From the IMG/VR virus record IMGVR_UViG_2541047938_000004: DNA of 9,579 nucleotides; one strand, 5' to 3'. The position numbers and the translations under genes were made by a program. Every line of letters starts with the position of its first letter. Position 1 is the stretch's first letter. The stretch comes from a virus (lineage: Duplodnaviria > Heunggongvirae > Uroviricota > Caudoviricetes). Shown piece after piece: positions 7,747 to 9,579 of the stretch. The notes below the pieces were generated by a model that did not search any database, was not told the DNA's origin, and saw only the letters and a program-made list of their open reading frames with translations.

Positions 7747-8166
7747 TTAAGAGGCTTTTTGTTTTTTCTTTCGTGCTAGCTCTTCGTAAATTGCATTGTA
7801 CTTCTGTTTTTTCTCCTCAAGAGTTTTTAAAAGTTCATCTGTCTCACTGTCAGGGAGCTCGTCCAGAAGGTCAATGATGATTTTTTGTCTTGGATTTAAC
7901 TCCTGATAGAAACGTACCTGTCCACTTTCTTCTGTATCCTCTCCCAAAAGATAGGTTGGTGTTGTTCCAATGAGTGTTGCTAATTCCCTTAATTTCTCTC
8001 GGCGAGGAATTGTTTCGCCATTAAACCATTTGCTAACCGCTTTTGGTGTTAATTTCATTCGACGGGCAATTTCTGCCTGCCTTCCATGTTGTTCATAACC
8101 AGCGTTTTCACAGGCTAGCGCAAGCCTACTGGCGAACTCTTTACGCGCTTTATCTTCATGAACCAT
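7747..8166 (-). CDS. racR: RacR prophage repressor (cI analogue), HTH XRE-family DNA-binding protein (139 aa in this sequence)
   Basis: ATG at 8166; the in-frame codon 19 codons upstream (8221-8223) is a stop, so the ORF cannot be longer. Helix-turn-helix signature GRQAEIARRMKLTPKAVSKWFNGETIP. Divergent from a Cro-like gene, as in lambdoid immunity regions. Confidence 0.85.
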   Translation of the reverse strand: MVHEDKARKEFASRLALACENAGYEQHGRQAEIARRMKLTPKAVSKWFNGETIPRREKLRELATLIGTTPTYLLGEDTEESGQVRFYQELNPRQKIIIDLLDELPDSETDELLKTLEEKKQKYNAIYEELARKKKQKAS

Positions 8167-8245
8167 AAGTTCAATGATATTCGCTCTTGAATGTACTGTC
8201 AGTTCTGTTATAGCATGTACTCAAAGTTCACATTGTGAGGGTGAT
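8167..8245. promoter_or_regulatory. Divergent racR / ydaS promoter-operator region (OR/PRM/PR analogue)
   Basis: Direct repeats ATGTACT at 8191-8197 and 8215-8221, 24 bp apart. Predicted racR promoter on the minus strand: CTGACA (plus 8197-8202), 17-bp spacer, TATCAT (plus 8174-8179), ending 7 nt before the racR ATG, implying a leaderless or near-leaderless mRNA like lambda cI from PRM. Predicted ydaS promoter on the plus strand: TTGAAT 8187-8192, 18-bp spacer, TAGCAT 8211-8216. Confidence 0.55.
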
Positions 8246-8500
8246 ATGAACCAGAAAACACTTGAAGATGTAATCAAAACTGTTCGCGTTTCTGTTGTGG
8301 CCGACGTTTGTGGTGTCAGCCAAAGAGCAATCTACAAATGGATGGATAACGGAAAATTGCCTCGCACAGAATATACCGGCGAAACAAATTACGCTGAAAA
8401 AATCGCTCATGCATCAAACGGATTATTTTCTGCTGATGTAATTTTAACTATTGGCAGAAATAAAACTACTACGAAAAAGCTGATGGGAGTTGATTCATGA
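8246..8500 (+). CDS. ydaS: YdaS Cro-like HTH regulator (84 aa from ATG 8246; the ORF also allows a 108-aa form from ATG 8174)
   Basis: ATG 8246 is preceded by GAGG (8237-8240) with 5-nt spacing. The upstream ATG 8174 lies inside the predicted racR -10 element, 8 nt from the divergent racR start, and has no SD. Product MNQKTLEDVIKTVRVSVVADVCGVSQRAIYKWMDNGKLP... has an HTH-like segment. Stop overlaps the ydaT start (ATGA). Confidence 0.8.
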   Translation: MNQKTLEDVIKTVRVSVVADVCGVSQRAIYKWMDNGKLPRTEYTGETNYAEKIAHASNGLFSADVILTIGRNKTTTKKLMGVDS

Positions 8501-8919
8501 AAATCAAGCATGAGCACATCGAGTCAGTGTTGTTAGCCCTGGCAGCCGAAAAAGGGCAGGCATGGGTAGCCAATGCCATTACTGAAGAATATCTGCGCCA
8601 GGGGGGCGGCGAATTGCCCCTGGTACCAGGCAAGGACTGGAATAATCAGCAGAATATCTATCACCGTTGGTTGAAAGGTGAAACGAAAACGCAAAGAGAA
8701 AAAATTCAGAAGCTGATCCCAGCAATTCTGGCAATCCTTCCGCGCGAGCTGCGTCACCGACTCTGCATCTTCGATACCCTGGAACGCCGTGCATTACTGG
8801 CGGCGCAGGAAGCGTTAAGTACGGCAATTGATGCGCATGATGATGCAGTCCAAGCCGTTTACCGGAAAGCGCATTTCAGCGGCGGCGGGTCTTCCGACGA
8901 TTCTGTCATTGTTCATTAA
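8497..8919 (+). CDS. ydaT: YdaT (140 aa), reported as a CII-like regulator that is toxic when derepressed
   Basis: ATG-initiated 140-codon ORF, MKIKHEHIESVLLALAAEKGQAWVANAITEEYLRQGGGELPLVPGKDWNNQQ..., coupled to ydaS by ATGA overlap. The 140-aa length equals K-12 YdaT. Confidence 0.85.
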   Translation: MKIKHEHIESVLLALAAEKGQAWVANAITEEYLRQGGGELPLVPGKDWNNQQNIYHRWLKGETKTQREKIQKLIPAILAILPRELRHRLCIFDTLERRALLAAQEALSTAIDAHDDAVQAVYRKAHFSGGGSSDDSVIVH

Positions 8920-8982
8920 GCAAAAGTTTCCATGCTGTTTGTGCTTATTCTAAGCCACCGGGCAGCATCATACGGGGCAATT

Positions 8983-9579
8983 ATGGCCGCATTACCATAC
9001 ATGCAACTGTACATAGCTGATTACCTGGCTGACACCATGCATTTGTCAGCAGAGGAGCATGGTGCGTATTTGTTGCTGATGTTCAATTACTGGCAAACAG
9101 GAAAGCCAATACCTAAAAACAGGCTGGCAAAAATTGCCCGTCTGACTAACGAGCGATGGGCTGATGTTGAACCATCCTTGCAGGAGTTTTTTTGCGATAA
9201 CGGCGAGGAATGGGTGCATCTTCGGATTGAGGAAGATCTGGCATCAGTCAGGGAAAAATTAACCAAAAAATCAGCCGCAGGAAAAGCATCTGTTCAGGCC
9301 AGAAGAAGCAGAAAGGAAGCAGATGTTCAAACAAAACAAGAGAGAAATTTAACAGGTGTTCAAACAGATGTTGAAGTGGTGTTTGAACATGATGTCAACA
9401 CAAAGGCAACTAATAAAGATACAGATAAAGATCTAAAAACAGATCCCCCCCTAAATCCCCCTCGGGGGAATCGAGGTGTCAAAAAGTTTGACCCTCTGGA
9501 TATTGCTTTGTCCGCTTTGTGCCAGGAGCAGACGTTACTAACATCTATCTGCATCAATCTGTGGGGAGCAGAACCGTGA
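8983..9579 (+). CDS. ydaU: YdaU-family putative replication initiator (lambda O-like position), 198 aa from ATG 8983; stop TGA is the last codon of the window
   Basis: ORF 8932..9579. ATG 8983 (MAALPYMQLYIADYLADTMHLSAEEHGAYLLLMFNYWQTGKPIPKNRLAKIARL...) is preceded by a GGGG run; ATG 8932 has no SD. The coding sequence contains an iteron-like repeat array and AT-rich block (separate feature), as lambda O contains ori. Functional assignment is by position and architecture; the name is from my recollection of Rac. Confidence 0.7.
   Translation: MAALPYMQLYIADYLADTMHLSAEEHGAYLLLMFNYWQTGKPIPKNRLAKIARLTNERWADVEPSLQEFFCDNGEEWVHLRIEEDLASVREKLTKKSAAGKASVQARRSRKEADVQTKQERNLTGVQTDVEVVFEHDVNTKATNKDTDKDLKTDPPLNPPRGNRGVKKFDPLDIALSALCQEQTLLTSICINLWGAEP
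9283..9476 (+). other. Candidate replication origin embedded in ydaU: direct repeats at 33-bp spacing, one inverted copy, AT-rich block, GC-rich dyad
   Basis: TGTTCA at 9291, 9324 and 9357 (exactly 33 bp apart). The 10-mer TGTTCAAACA occurs at 9324-9333 and 9357-9366, with its inverted copy TGTTTGAACA at 9380-9389. The block 9401-9444 is about 73 percent A+T. It is followed by the GC-rich dyad CCCCC-TC-GGGGG (9457-9468) within 9445-9476. Confidence 0.45.

Noticed and set aside
8228-8827. Minus-strand ORFs 8228..8410, 8533..8757 and 8579..8827 opposite ydaS and ydaT
   Set aside because: Antisense to coupled, SD-supported genes; no motifs or RBS.
8932-8982. Upstream ATG 8932 as the ydaU start (215 aa)
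   Set aside because: No SD-like sequence and the added N-terminal residues are hydrophobic filler; ATG 8983 preferred, with moderate uncertainty.
9360-9557. 65-aa minus-strand ORF inside ydaU
   Set aside because: Antisense to ydaU and crossing the origin-like repeats; no RBS.
1-9579. Searched for CRISPR repeats, tRNA or rRNA genes, insertion-sequence terminal inverted repeats and the prophage att core
   Set aside because: No regularly spaced repeat-spacer array, tRNA-like or rRNA-like sequence, or transposase ORF is present. The attachment site would lie beyond the integrase end, outside this window.

Overview
This window reads as the left arm and immunity/replication-control region of an E. 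coli Rac-type lambdoid cryptic prophage. Gene order is intR, xisR(ydaQ), ydaC, ralR, recT, recE, racC, ydaE, kilR (all minus strand), then sieB (plus), ydaF and ydaG (minus), and racR (minus) divergent from ydaS, ydaT, ydaU (plus). The window begins exactly on the integrase stop codon and ends exactly on the stop of the ydaU frame. Identifications rest on my recollection of the K-12 Rac proteins and on motifs visible in the translations; no database search was run. Lengths match what I recall for intR (411), xisR (71), recT (269), recE (866), racC (91), ydaE (56), kilR (73), sieB (162), ydaF (51), ydaG (44) and ydaT (140). No rRNA, tRNA, CRISPR array or insertion sequence was recognised. All substantial coding capacity is explained by known Rac modules, so I do not see an undescribed multi-gene system here. 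The observations worth a second look are allele-level or non-coding: (1) the ralR toxin frame carries an in-frame TGA at codon 50 of a 64-codon frame; (2) inside ydaU there are direct repeats at exact 33-bp spacing, an inverted copy, an AT-rich block and a GC-rich dyad, the layout of a lambdoid origin; (3) an ATGTACT motif recurs at 24-bp spacing in both the racR/ydaS divergent region and upstream of ydaG, overlapping predicted promoter hexamers; (4) a perfect 10-bp hairpin sits between racC and recE, and a terminator-like hairpin lies in the 441-bp gene-free interval between kilR and sieB.
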